DNA of 40,212 nucleotides from a virus (Duplodnaviria > Heunggongvirae > Uroviricota > Caudoviricetes): IMG/VR virus record IMGVR_UViG_2541047498_000018; one strand, written 5' to 3'. A program made the translations under genes and the position numbers. Numbering within the stretch: position 1 is the first letter of the stretch; the number at the start of each line of letters is the position of its first letter. Below, one piece after another: positions 18,298 through 27,892 of the stretch. The notes under the pieces are model-generated. The model made no database searches. It was given only the letters and a program-made list of their open reading frames with translations, and was not told the origin of the DNA.

Positions 18298-18668
18298 GCA
18301 CGGGCCTGTTCCGCTTTGTTACCGGTCTTTTTCCGGGGAGCATCCTGTCCGGCTTCGGCTTCGGCTTCGGCTTCGGCTTCGGCTTCGGCTAAATCTGTAC
18401 CGGCCACTGCATGAACCACACCCGCCACGCTCCCCGCATCATCAGCAGACGTCTGTAGTATTCGCACAGTGAGGCATGGCTCCTCCTCCAGTCGGGCAAG
18501 CTGCTCCGGGGTGACCTCAACCTGCTGACGTCCACGCGTGAACAGGAACCCCGCACGACGAAACGCCGAACGACTGCAACGCACTTCTGCCAGCACCGTG
18601 ACAGAATTGTCACCACTGACCTGAAGACCTGAATCATCTGTTGCTGCCACAGTGTGATGTTCATTCAT
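18294..18668 (-). CDS. Hypothetical head-region protein (Mu gp35 position) containing an (Ala-Glu)n tract
   Basis: 124-aa ORF directly downstream of the major head gene. Its C-terminal AEAEAEAEAEAEA is encoded by a hexanucleotide repeat. Confidence 0.55.
   Translation of the reverse strand: MNEHHTVAATDDSGLQVSGDNSVTVLAEVRCSRSAFRRAGFLFTRGRQQVEVTPEQLARLEEEPCLTVRILQTSADDAGSVAGVVHAVAGTDLAEAEAEAEAEAEAGQDAPRKKTGNKAEQARA
18351..18390. repeat. Perfect hexanucleotide tandem repeat (GGCTTC)x6 plus a partial copy
   Basis: Directly visible on the plus strand at 18351-18390. On the minus strand it reads (GAAGCC)n in frame inside the 18294..18668 gene. Confidence 0.95.
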
Positions 18669-18711
18669 ATTTGCCCTCCGCAGGGGCCGGGCCGTAAGCC
18701 CGGCTCACCGT

Positions 18712-19659
18712 TTACAGATAATCCGCGACAACCAGCTCCAGCTTACCCTTCATCTCGTTAGAGACGGTTGCGTTTCCGTCTGCGAACAGTTCACGCTCCA
18801 GCAGCTGCACCGCCTGTTTTTCCAGCGAGGTGGGGACAACAATATGGGTGGGTTTAATGCCGAGTTTGCGGCCACCGTCAGCGGTAAATTCGCGCATGGC
18901 TGACCAGCCGTGCCACAGTGCATCCAGCGTCAGCGGTGACTGCATCATGTAGGCCATCTGCCAGAAGCCGTAGCCCACATTGCGACGGGCGGATGCACCA
19001 AACACAAATTCGTTATCGGTGAATGCGCGACCTTCATCGACTTTGGTCTGGGCAACCAGTTCAGCCTTACGGCGATCCTGATAAATCAGCGGTTTTACCG
19101 CGCGGGAGCAGTCAAGCAGATACCAGGCCGGACCGCTGTAATCAGCCTGTGCGCCGACAGAGCCGGTTTTTGCCACAAACATATTGCTGACCATCTGCGC
19201 ATCCCCGGAGCCATCCACTTTGGGGTAAACCGGATGTTCGGTATCAAAGAAGTTCTGACCGTCATAGCAGGCCGCACTGATCCCGTCACGCAGGGCAGCA
19301 AAGACCAGCTCATCCGGTTGTACCGCCGCAGCGCGCCCCATCTCCTGGAACAACGGGGAATAAATACCGAGGTTGTCGTCTTCGAAGTCATCGCGGCTAA
19401 TGGCGACAGTGCCTTCAAAAGTTTTGTTCACGATGGCATAGCCATAGGCTTTCATCTTCTCGATGACGCGGGAGCCGATCCACTCACGGAACTGCGGGAA
19501 CTGCCCCAGCCAGCCGTAGGTGTTGGATTTCGATGTGGAGGGCACGGTCATCGCAATTTTTTTATACTGCGACGGGGCCATGGACATCCCGGCCTGAAAA
19601 TCAGAACGGTAGCCCGTCATCAGGGCTGTGATCATCGCCGGTGTAATCGGGGTAGGCAT
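18712..19659 (-). CDS. Major head (capsid) protein (Mu T-like)
   Basis: 315-aa ORF immediately downstream of the protease/scaffold gene, at the Mu T position and size. Confidence 0.8.
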   Translation of the reverse strand: MPTPITPAMITALMTGYRSDFQAGMSMAPSQYKKIAMTVPSTSKSNTYGWLGQFPQFREWIGSRVIEKMKAYGYAIVNKTFEGTVAISRDDFEDDNLGIYSPLFQEMGRAAAVQPDELVFAALRDGISAACYDGQNFFDTEHPVYPKVDGSGDAQMVSNMFVAKTGSVGAQADYSGPAWYLLDCSRAVKPLIYQDRRKAELVAQTKVDEGRAFTDNEFVFGASARRNVGYGFWQMAYMMQSPLTLDALWHGWSAMREFTADGGRKLGIKPTHIVVPTSLEKQAVQLLERELFADGNATVSNEMKGKLELVVADYL

Positions 19660-20783
19660 TATTGCATTTCCTCTTTCATTTTCAGGAACTCGGCTTCGGT
19701 TTTACCCAGCAGTTTGGCGGCCGCGATATCTTCAGCCGACAGCGCAGCGGTGGCAGTCTTTTTATCCGGCACGGTCACGGTGTCGGTCTGAAGAGAGGTC
19801 AGGGCCGCAACCGGCTGGCGGGCGTCAAGCTGTGCAGAAAGTGCCGCAACGCCAATCTGCCCGCCCAGTTGTTCCAGATAGCCGCGTTCGCTTTTGAAGA
19901 TGCGCCCTTCGGATTCAGCCTTGTCCAGCACCTGCTCCAGCGTGGTGCTGCCGTGCTGCGCCGACAGCGCAACGTATTCGGTACGCAGGGCGTTATACGT
20001 TTCAACGGGCACGTATTTCGTCAGATCAATAATGCCGCCAGCCGGTGTGCCTTTTGCGGTTTCCAGCTCTGCCGACAGACTGGCGACCTGTGTTTTCAGG
20101 TTGTCGTGTGCATCCGCACGGGTTTTGATCCCGGTGAGGGCAGACAGCGCCGCCGTGCCCAGCTCCGGCGTAAATTCGTCACCGTCAGCCACGGTCAGAC
20201 CGAGCGCCGTCAGCAACTGGCGTAATTGCTCATTCATGGAGGTATCCTTTAAAGGAGGGTTTAAGGCGTTATAAAGGTCATCCGCCGACAGCGCGGCGAC
20301 AGGATTCATGCCGGTCAGACCGGGGTCACCGGTAATAGCCAGCATCCGAAGTTCGACAGGTTCGCCGGTGTTCTCGTCATAGCCAATCACCGGTGAAAAC
20401 CAGGGGAATTCGTTATTACGCAGATGTTCAAGGGCCGGAGGGTTCCACTTCGGGCGCACCTCGAAGCCACGCTCTTCACTGAAGCGAAAATTCTCCGGTG
20501 AGGCCATCACAAAACCGGCAGCCGGTGCCTGATGCCCCTTAATCAGGGTCTGGTGGTTGTAGTCAATTTTCACCGGCTGATTGAGCGCCACAACCCGGGA
20601 TACCATGCGCTCAACGGTCGCACGGTTAATCAGCCAGCCCTCGGCCGGTTTTTCCGGGCGACCGTCACGGGCCTTTACCCGACCGGCTGGCATGATCTGA
20701 CACCAGTCACCGTCCCCGTCTGCGGACAGGCTGATGGCATTCAGAATGGCATAAGCAAGTTTGGGCGTGTTTTTCGTCTTCAT
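19659..20783 (-). CDS. Head maturation protease / scaffold protein (Mu I-like, with nested Z-like C-terminal scaffold region)
   Basis: 374-aa ORF between the G-like gene and the major head gene. Ala/Leu-rich, coiled-coil-like C-terminal half. Confidence 0.7.
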   Translation of the reverse strand: MKTKNTPKLAYAILNAISLSADGDGDWCQIMPAGRVKARDGRPEKPAEGWLINRATVERMVSRVVALNQPVKIDYNHQTLIKGHQAPAAGFVMASPENFRFSEERGFEVRPKWNPPALEHLRNNEFPWFSPVIGYDENTGEPVELRMLAITGDPGLTGMNPVAALSADDLYNALNPPLKDTSMNEQLRQLLTALGLTVADGDEFTPELGTAALSALTGIKTRADAHDNLKTQVASLSAELETAKGTPAGGIIDLTKYVPVETYNALRTEYVALSAQHGSTTLEQVLDKAESEGRIFKSERGYLEQLGGQIGVAALSAQLDARQPVAALTSLQTDTVTVPDKKTATAALSAEDIAAAKLLGKTEAEFLKMKEEMQ

Positions 20784-20959
20784 TCCGGCAGCATAAGCCG
20801 GGAATTTTCAGGGCGGGTTTTGCGGGATTTCAGGAAGTGCTTCCAGGGGAAAAATACAAAGGCGCTTCACGCAGATTTTAAAGCCCGTTAAATACAGGTT
20901 AGAAAATCACGACACGCGCCTGAAGGGGGTAAGGTAATGCATTTGCATACCTTAAACAA

Positions 20960-21433
20960 TTAAGGCGTTTCTGTGGCCTTTTTAAAGCGTTTTCTGATTT
21001 CGTCCATGATCTCCTGCTCTGCCACCTGATCAAAGCCCATATACGGGCGTGCGCCAATGGCCGCCGGTCCCGGTGGCATACCAGGCAGGCCACCCCACTG
21101 ATGAATGGCCGCATAAGGCTCATTTGATCCAATCAGCGCCCAGGTATCGCCATAATCCGTGGTCAGGCGTCGGGCCAGATCGCCGTTCAGCGTCAGGATT
21201 TTGCCGGGCATGTATCCCTTACGGGTACGCCACTTGCGGTAAGGATCTGACCAGTCATGCCAGCGTTCGCCGTCCGGCTCTTTTTCCTGTTCAAACGCCA
21301 TTTCTGACGATGACAGAAGACTCGCCGCCACACTGCGGGCCAGGTCTTTCCCTCCACCCACAAACTGAAGCCGGGCAAAGACCCGCTGGAGACGCGTAAC
21401 GTCAACAACGACAGCGGCATCAATGGATGACAT
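20960..21433 (-). CDS. Virion morphogenesis protein (Mu G-like)
   Basis: 157-aa ORF downstream of the Mu-F-like gene, followed by a 176-bp non-coding gap before the protease gene. Confidence 0.6.
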   Translation of the reverse strand: MSSIDAAVVVDVTRLQRVFARLQFVGGGKDLARSVAASLLSSSEMAFEQEKEPDGERWHDWSDPYRKWRTRKGYMPGKILTLNGDLARRLTTDYGDTWALIGSNEPYAAIHQWGGLPGMPPGPAAIGARPYMGFDQVAEQEIMDEIRKRFKKATETP

Positions 21434-21554
21434 ATTGCCTCCGCATAAAGGATGAATATAAAATAAACAGGCGGTCAGTGTACGCTTAACTGGTAAAGTC
21501 GGTGCCTGCCTCCGGGTGGATCATGTATGCGGGTTCAACCCCCGCCACTGACCG

Positions 21555-22886
21555 TTAATCAATATCTCCTTCCAGTACCTCAAGCATTCCACCCCGGATA
21601 TCCGATTTCAGCTTATCCATATTGATAACCCGGTAAGCATTCACAATCACATCCAGTTTATCCGGCTGACGCTTCAGGCTGTACGGCGCATTAACGGCAA
21701 TCTGCACACTGCTATCCTTACTTTCCACGATATACATCAGATTGTTGTGGCGTTTGTCCCACAGCACCGCTTTTGGCTTTGCCAGCATTGCCGGTAATCG
21801 ACCGAAATCCTCCGGCGTCAGGGCGATACCGTCATTCTGATGTTTCATGCTGTCCGCATGGAGCACATTTTTACCGCTCATCGCCAGCAGGCGGGCCGGT
21901 GGCGTTCCCGTCCGGCTTTCCACCGCCTGCGCAATGCTTTCGGTCATAAAGCCCAGCGTGCGGATATCGTTACCGCCTCGCCGGGTTTTCATGATGTTTT
22001 TTGCCCAGATGCGGAACGCCAGCTGCCGCTCCGGGCTGTTGTTCATCTCCTGCACTACCATTTCCCGCAGCGCCGGGCTTTTCACCTCGATCAGTTTACG
22101 GATCAACGCCTGGTCTGTGCCGAACGCCGCCGAGCCGGGGTTATATGACCAGCCCACATCCGGTGTCATGGTTCTGGTGCCATCTGAATATGTGGTCACC
22201 GGCATTTCTCTGACTTCTCCGGTCTGCTTATCCACGCCAGCCTCAACATTGCGGGTGGAAAGATGATCCTGACCGGATGAAACGGATAACCCCATTGCAT
22301 CCAGACGGGTCTGAGACAATGGCCGGACACGGCAGCGGCAGTTCCAGCCATTGGGTGGGTAGTGTGTATTCCAGAACGGATCGTCATAGCGGAATACCTG
22401 CCCGTTAAGGGCGGAATGCGCCGGGCGGGTGCGGCTGTCCATCACCGCCACATACTGCCAGAACGGATGCGTGTCCGTGTTGTTCATCATCTGCGTGTAA
22501 CGCCCGGCATTGTAAGCCACGCGGGTGTTCACGTTGTAAATCAGCGCCAGACGGCGGGGACTGCCCAGTTGCACTTCTTCTGCGTTACCGGCGCTGTCCA
22601 CCACAATCTGCTTTCCCCACCATCCCAGCTTTTGCAGGCGGGGTGTCAGTGTGCGGATAAATGCTTTCTGTGAAATCCCCTCATCAACAGCACGCTGCAC
22701 TTCCGCCTGTAGTGTGGTCAGTACGTCCAGGCGTGCCACTTTTGCCGCCGTGAATGAACGGGCATGAACATCCGCGTCTGTTTCGAACCAGTTCCAGCTG
22801 ATATGCGCCCCTTTGGCGCGGAAGTATGCCACCGCCTCTTTTGAGGGAAGCGTGGCGGCATAACCTAAATCAATCCCCTGTGCCAT
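21555..22886 (-). CDS. Phage Mu F-like head morphogenesis protein
   Basis: 443-aa ORF downstream of the portal gene, with a GWNCRCRV motif characteristic of the Mu F-like family. Confidence 0.8.
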   Translation of the reverse strand: MAQGIDLGYAATLPSKEAVAYFRAKGAHISWNWFETDADVHARSFTAAKVARLDVLTTLQAEVQRAVDEGISQKAFIRTLTPRLQKLGWWGKQIVVDSAGNAEEVQLGSPRRLALIYNVNTRVAYNAGRYTQMMNNTDTHPFWQYVAVMDSRTRPAHSALNGQVFRYDDPFWNTHYPPNGWNCRCRVRPLSQTRLDAMGLSVSSGQDHLSTRNVEAGVDKQTGEVREMPVTTYSDGTRTMTPDVGWSYNPGSAAFGTDQALIRKLIEVKSPALREMVVQEMNNSPERQLAFRIWAKNIMKTRRGGNDIRTLGFMTESIAQAVESRTGTPPARLLAMSGKNVLHADSMKHQNDGIALTPEDFGRLPAMLAKPKAVLWDKRHNNLMYIVESKDSSVQIAVNAPYSLKRQPDKLDVIVNAYRVINMDKLKSDIRGGMLEVLEGDID

Positions 22887-24468
22887 CCAGCATCCCCTTC
22901 ATTTCCGCAGCAAACATGGCATCACTGAGCAGCGTCATCAGGCGGGAATCATCCATTTCACGGTAAAGGGCAGGCAGGTCTGCCAGTGCCTCCGCCAGCC
23001 CCCGCGTTCTGATGGCTTCAATGACCGGCTCCAGTACCGGGTCGATGGCCTCCTGTAACCGGCGGGCAGGCACCGCATCCCCCATGTCGTCCAGTTCATC
23101 TCGGGGGCTGCTCTTCGCTTCCGGCAGTCTGGCAGCCAGCGCTGTCTGCTCTGTCTTCTCCTGTTTTTCCGGTGGCATCTCTTTGTCTGTCTGAGCAGGT
23201 TCATTGCCACTCTGACGGACACGGAAGATGGCTTCACCGGGGGCAGGCTGTGGAATACCGGTCTGCTCCCGCACCCAGGGATCAGGAATATCCATCCCCG
23301 TACTGAGCTGCATCACCGCACTGGTGATTTTGGTGATATCCCCCGGCTCTTTTGTCTGGAAACAGATACGCGGCAGGCGACGGATATCAATGGCGTGGGC
23401 GGTGTTCAGGGCATACAGCGGATACACCAGATCGCGGTTCAGCGTGGCGGCCAGCTGACGTAAATCAGAATCCCTGATTTCCCGGCGCACCTCGTTATGC
23501 ACTTCACCCAGCGAACGTGCGCCCTTGTCTCCGGCTTCCGTGGTCAGCGTGCCGCCGAGGATAGCTTTGGAGATGGAACGCTCCCCCCACGAAATCATGG
23601 TTTCAAACGGATCGGCCTGACCGTTCGCTGCCGCCTGAAACTCCAGCGACATCCCGGCCGGGATGATCCCGCCTGTACGTCGCCCGATATCCATCACCGC
23701 CCGCATCAGGGCGCTTTTCTGCTCCGGTGTTGCCCCGGACGGGTATTTACCGACCTTCATCGGCAGGCCGTACACCTCCAGAAATTCAGCCAGATCGCGC
23801 ACGGAATAGTTTTTGAAAATGAACGGCCAGATAAGCGTTCTGACAAGCCCCGTCGCACCACCGTAGCCAGTGCGTGAACGCGACTGATGCACTATCCAGC
23901 CAAAGGGCTGAAACGCCACCCCGGCATGGCTGCCGTCACGCAGCCGCAGTTCGCTCAAATCATCCGGGTTAAGGCAGAAATGCCCGCTGTCACGCCAGCG
24001 GATGGCGCGGATGATGTGCATTTTACCGAGCATCCCGTGCTCAATCTCCATGCAGGAATAGCCTTTCAGGATGGCATCGGTGGCATCAAACAGCATGGCA
24101 TCAAACCAGTCGGCGGAATGCAGGTATTCGTCGAGCATTTCCGCGTCCTTTTTCTCATTCGCGCTGGCGTTCGGGGGCGGCTCAATACTCCAGGGCACCC
24201 CCTGAATGGCAAGACGTCGCTTGCCCAGCTCTGCAAAAAGATGGGTATCCTTTTCTTCAATGTCAGCGGCCAGATCGGACTGGGCAATCAGATCGCCACG
24301 TTCAGCCCCGCGAAGGCACTGTGCCGCCCGGTTCGGGGTGATACCCGAGGCCGGATGTTCAATATAACGGCTGGCAATCTGCGGAATATCCAGCACGGCA
24401 CTCTGCATCTCCGGGTCAAAGGAGAAAGGTTTTCCGTCAAGATCAATTATGCGTCCCACTACCAGCAC
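22870..24468 (-). CDS. Portal protein (Mu H/gp29-like)
   Basis: 532-aa ORF immediately downstream of and overlapping the large terminase gene. Confidence 0.8.
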   Translation of the reverse strand: MLVVGRIIDLDGKPFSFDPEMQSAVLDIPQIASRYIEHPASGITPNRAAQCLRGAERGDLIAQSDLAADIEEKDTHLFAELGKRRLAIQGVPWSIEPPPNASANEKKDAEMLDEYLHSADWFDAMLFDATDAILKGYSCMEIEHGMLGKMHIIRAIRWRDSGHFCLNPDDLSELRLRDGSHAGVAFQPFGWIVHQSRSRTGYGGATGLVRTLIWPFIFKNYSVRDLAEFLEVYGLPMKVGKYPSGATPEQKSALMRAVMDIGRRTGGIIPAGMSLEFQAAANGQADPFETMISWGERSISKAILGGTLTTEAGDKGARSLGEVHNEVRREIRDSDLRQLAATLNRDLVYPLYALNTAHAIDIRRLPRICFQTKEPGDITKITSAVMQLSTGMDIPDPWVREQTGIPQPAPGEAIFRVRQSGNEPAQTDKEMPPEKQEKTEQTALAARLPEAKSSPRDELDDMGDAVPARRLQEAIDPVLEPVIEAIRTRGLAEALADLPALYREMDDSRLMTLLSDAMFAAEMKGMLDGTGD

Positions 24469-26123
24469 CCCCGATCAAATTCATGATATGCCTCATCGTC
24501 ATCACGATAACCGCCCTCCATGGCCCGCGACCGCTCCGGCAGCGCCTGGCAGGCTGATTCATCCAGGATAAAGCCCTCCATGTATGACGCCCGGTTTGCC
24601 ATACAGAGCGCCACGGCAAAATCACCATGGCGGCGGGCGTTCACAGCTGTTGCGTTCTGGTCCTTCGTACGCCCCTTGTCGATTTGCGGGATACCGTTCA
24701 CCACCTTCACATGGCGCAAATCATCAAGCGTGGTCTGATGGCGGGCGACGAGGATATTCTGATCCTCAAACTCGGCCTTCAGTTTTGGCATCCACTCGCC
24801 GTACCACTTCGGCGATAACATCACGCAGTCGATGATGTCCGGGCCAAAGGCCAGCAGCGCGGCTTCGGCCAGATAGCCGCCGTTACCGGTGGCGTCGAAC
24901 GCCGCACCGACCAGCGCCGGAACGCGGGTCAGGATGTACATCATCACCTGCTCCTGCTGGGCATACGGCAGGTTGCGCAGCTCCACGCGAAACACCTCGC
25001 GTTTTGCCAGGGATTCAGTGATTTCCAGCAGCACAAAGCAGGAGAGGTCACCGGTGCGGGCAAAGTCTTCCCCGAAGCTGAAGCGGGAACGGGGATTTAA
25101 CGCCTCTAAAAGCGGTTTTAAATGTTCTTCACACCAGGTTAAAACCTCCGATTCACGCAGCCATGCGGCACGGCTGATGAAGTCGTCCGGGGCTTCAAAC
25201 GTCAGAATCGGGATGTCGCGGATCATCGCCATTTCAATAAGCGCGTGAGGAATATAGGCACCGCCGGATTTTTTCGGGATACAGCCGTATTCCTCGTCGG
25301 CATCCTCACGGGTCGGGGCGTTTTTGTAGAGATCATCACGCCACTTCTGCTCGCTTTCCGGTGACCATTCGCGGCCGGTGACATAACAGATACGACGGTA
25401 CAGCCCGTCCGCAATGGCATCATCCAGGGTTATGCGGTGGACACTGTAATCCTTGCGTCCCTCGCGGGCTTCCTGAATGTACTGATTAAACAGATTATCG
25501 ACGCCGTTATGCGTGGAGATAATACGCACGCGCGCGCCCCACATGGTGAGCGCCATTGCCGCCTTGAGAAGCTCATCCAGTGACTCGTGGAACGCGGCTT
25601 CATCAATCACCACATCCCCCTGAAGGCCGCGCAGGTTTGACGGACGGGAAGACAGTGCCTGAATTTTGAATCCACTGTTCGGAAAGCGGATCATGTAGGT
25701 CAGAATTTCTTCTTTTTTATCCCGATCCCAGAAGGTCTGCTCATACACATCAGCATCGGCCAGCTGGTTAAAGGCACGGGAGAACAGTGCGCAGGCAGAA
25801 ATATATTCCAGCGCCATCTCCTGCTTTGACCCCACATAAAACACATTACGGCCACCACGACGCTTAGGCTTTGCGGCGGTAATGACGTTACGCCCGGCTT
25901 CCGCCCAGGTAAGCCCGGTGCGGCGGGATTTTTCCGCGATGCAGACCTCACTTTCATCCTCAAACCAGCGGGCCTGATAATCCAGAAACACCGGCATATC
26001 ACCGGGCAAATCAAGGCTGTCCGGCACATCCACGCCCAGCAGGGCTTTTTCACCGGCCAGATCAATTTTGCGGGTGGAGACGGTATTCGTCAGTAAGGGG
26101 GAGAGTTCTTCGGCGTTATTCAT
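24459..26123 (-). CDS. Terminase large subunit (Mu gp28-like)
   Basis: 554-aa ORF between the small terminase candidate and the portal gene, at the Mu gp28 size and position. Confidence 0.8.
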   Translation of the reverse strand: MNNAEELSPLLTNTVSTRKIDLAGEKALLGVDVPDSLDLPGDMPVFLDYQARWFEDESEVCIAEKSRRTGLTWAEAGRNVITAAKPKRRGGRNVFYVGSKQEMALEYISACALFSRAFNQLADADVYEQTFWDRDKKEEILTYMIRFPNSGFKIQALSSRPSNLRGLQGDVVIDEAAFHESLDELLKAAMALTMWGARVRIISTHNGVDNLFNQYIQEAREGRKDYSVHRITLDDAIADGLYRRICYVTGREWSPESEQKWRDDLYKNAPTREDADEEYGCIPKKSGGAYIPHALIEMAMIRDIPILTFEAPDDFISRAAWLRESEVLTWCEEHLKPLLEALNPRSRFSFGEDFARTGDLSCFVLLEITESLAKREVFRVELRNLPYAQQEQVMMYILTRVPALVGAAFDATGNGGYLAEAALLAFGPDIIDCVMLSPKWYGEWMPKLKAEFEDQNILVARHQTTLDDLRHVKVVNGIPQIDKGRTKDQNATAVNARRHGDFAVALCMANRASYMEGFILDESACQALPERSRAMEGGYRDDDEAYHEFDRGCW

Positions 26124-26704
26124 CAGGCTTTACCCAACAGAATTCCCTTAATACGGGACTCAAGCTGTTCACTCATCCCGTCCACGCCGCGCAGCTCGTC
26201 GGTAACCGCGTTTGCCATCTCTTCAGCAAATGCAGCCCGGATTTCTTTTTCACGTTTAATGCTGCGCTCGGCGGCACTTTCCGCACGCTGTGCTGACAGG
26301 AGGATGTCCTTAATAAGACGCATATCCACGTCGCTGTCACTGTTCAGGGATTCGGTCGCGGCACGCAGACGGCGGTACATCAGGGCGCGGGACATCTCCA
26401 GAATCAGTGCCGTGGTTTCACCGGTCGGCTTGTCCCCCAGTTCGGCCATCATGGCTTTTGTCTGCTCGCGTAAATCACGCAGGTTACGGGCAATCAGCTC
26501 ATTACGGGAGGCTTCCCGGCTGATGGCCGCCGGTGAAAGCTGCTGCTCTTCCGGCAGGCCTGCCTCGCGGATCAGACGGTTGATTTCCTCGCGGATCTGG
26601 ACCTGCGTCAGACGTTTTTCACGCAGCATTTCCAGCAGTGGCTTACGGATGCTGTCGGGGAGCAAATCCACCTTGCGCACGCGGCCACGCGTCGGCTTGT
26701 CCAT
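26123..26704 (-). CDS. Candidate terminase small subunit / DNA-binding packaging protein (Mu gp27-like)
   Basis: 193-aa ORF immediately upstream of the large terminase gene. Charged, helical sequence. Confidence 0.5.
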   Translation of the reverse strand: MDKPTRGRVRKVDLLPDSIRKPLLEMLREKRLTQVQIREEINRLIREAGLPEEQQLSPAAISREASRNELIARNLRDLREQTKAMMAELGDKPTGETTALILEMSRALMYRRLRAATESLNSDSDVDMRLIKDILLSAQRAESAAERSIKREKEIRAAFAEEMANAVTDELRGVDGMSEQLESRIKGILLGKA

Positions 26705-26706
26705 CG

Positions 26707-26997
26707 CTACCCCCTTGCGCGTGGTTTCTTCACACCCGGAACGGTGGCGCGGCCTTCCGCCACATCCTGACCCCGGCCGGTCAGTTCAGCGATGAAATAA
26801 CCATTAACGAGCGTGCGCTTACGCACCAGCCCCTGCTCGGCAAGCCAGGCAATATGAGTATGAACGGTGTCGCGGGACACGCGGTGACCGTAATCATCCA
26901 GACAGTCCTGGAGCACGGATTCACCCAGTTCGCCGTTGTAATCCGCCAGCGACCGCAGAATGACAAGACGCTGATCTTCAGTAATGAAATCACTCAT
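26707..26997 (-). CDS. Hypothetical protein, possible winged-helix DNA-binding fold
   Basis: 96-aa ORF tightly packed upstream of the small terminase candidate. Fold guess only. Confidence 0.4.
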   Translation of the reverse strand: MSDFITEDQRLVILRSLADYNGELGESVLQDCLDDYGHRVSRDTVHTHIAWLAEQGLVRKRTLVNGYFIAELTGRGQDVAEGRATVPGVKKPRARG

Positions 26998-27302
26998 TGT
27001 GTTTTTTTCCTTACCGCCTGCTCCAGCAGCAGTTCGTTCTGATAGGAGACAGAGCGGAGCGTGGCGTTCGTGGTTTTCAGTTCACCCCGCAGGGTCACGA
27101 TTTCCACATTCAGACGGTTGACCTCGGCTTCTGTCGGCAGTGACGACAGGCGGGTTTCCACCTTCTCAACGCGGTCGGAGAGTTTTTCAAAGGCCTCGCG
27201 GGGGACAAACGTTTTGCGCATCAGCGCCATGAATATCCCGCCAGCGGTTGCCGTCGCCGAAAGGATCGGCACAACATAATCTTTAACGATGCTGACCCAC
27301 AT
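26994..27302 (-). CDS. Hypothetical membrane protein with N-terminal transmembrane helix and coiled coil
   Basis: 102-aa ORF with hydrophobic segment VVPILSATATAGGIFMALM and a charged helical C-terminus, next to the lysis cassette. Confidence 0.45.
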   Translation of the reverse strand: MWVSIVKDYVVPILSATATAGGIFMALMRKTFVPREAFEKLSDRVEKVETRLSSLPTEAEVNRLNVEIVTLRGELKTTNATLRSVSYQNELLLEQAVRKKTQ

Positions 27303-27510
27303 GACGGGCCTCCATGATGTTCTGGCAGTTCACACAACGGATGGCATCCGGCACAGCAACAAGACGTGCGGCGGGGATCTCTCCGCCACAGTCCGCGCAG
27401 ACACGTCTGCCCGGAGCATCCATTGCCCGGCGCTTACGTGTCAGCCGGTTACAAAGGGCGCGTTCTGATCCCCGCTCCATCACAGCCTGAGCACGATCTG
27501 AATCATCCAT
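27283..27510 (-). CDS. TraR/DksA-family C4 zinc-finger protein
   Basis: CADCGGEI...(17 aa)...CVNCQ pattern at the C-terminus. Start assigned to the ATG giving MDDSDRAQA...; the track ORF extends upstream to 27576. Confidence 0.65.
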   Translation of the reverse strand: MDDSDRAQAVMERGSERALCNRLTRKRRAMDAPGRRVCADCGGEIPAARLVAVPDAIRCVNCQNIMEARHVGQHR

Positions 27511-27520
27511 ACCTTTTTCC

Positions 27521-27892
27521 TTACTTCGTCTTTCCTGCCGGAACAGCAGGCGTTCCGGCCATATCAGTAAATTCATGTTGTCGCCGCGCCTCCAGACGAC
27601 GAATACTGGCCTTGTCCACGTTGCAGTTCTTGATCACCGCCAGCAGTTGCAGGTTGTAAGTGACCGATGCCCCAAACGTGAACGGCTCCGGCGCAGGAGG
27701 GACCAGGCAGTCAGCCAGCCATTCAGCGGGGATCGGCACCGGCTTCACAGGCACGTATTTCACAGACGGCCCGGCGCACCCGATCAGCCACATCATCAGG
27801 AACAGGGGCAGAGGCCGCAGGCACTGCCTCCAGCGACCGGCGGACAACGCTCTGCTGCCCCTCGCTGTGCTGAATGTTCTGTTGTTTTTCAT
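27521..27892 (-). CDS. Candidate o-spanin (outer-membrane lipoprotein) overlapping the i-spanin frame
   Basis: Alternate frame within and past the i-spanin candidate encodes LFLMMWLIGCAGPS (a lipobox-like LIGC) followed by a Pro-rich sequence. Start uncertain. Confidence 0.3.
   Translation of the reverse strand: MKNNRTFSTARGSRALSAGRWRQCLRPLPLFLMMWLIGCAGPSVKYVPVKPVPIPAEWLADCLVPPAPEPFTFGASVTYNLQLLAVIKNCNVDKASIRRLEARRQHEFTDMAGTPAVPAGKTK

Noticed and set aside
18351-18390. Possible CRISPR array at the tandem repeat
   Set aside because: The repeat unit is 6 bp with no spacers and lies in frame inside a coding sequence. It is a simple sequence repeat, not a CRISPR array.
20784-20959. Anti-CRISPR or other accessory gene insertion at the G-I junction
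   Set aside because: Although this is the position where Pseudomonas Mu-like phages carry anti-CRISPR operons, the gap here contains no credible ORF and is too short for the typical two-gene operon.
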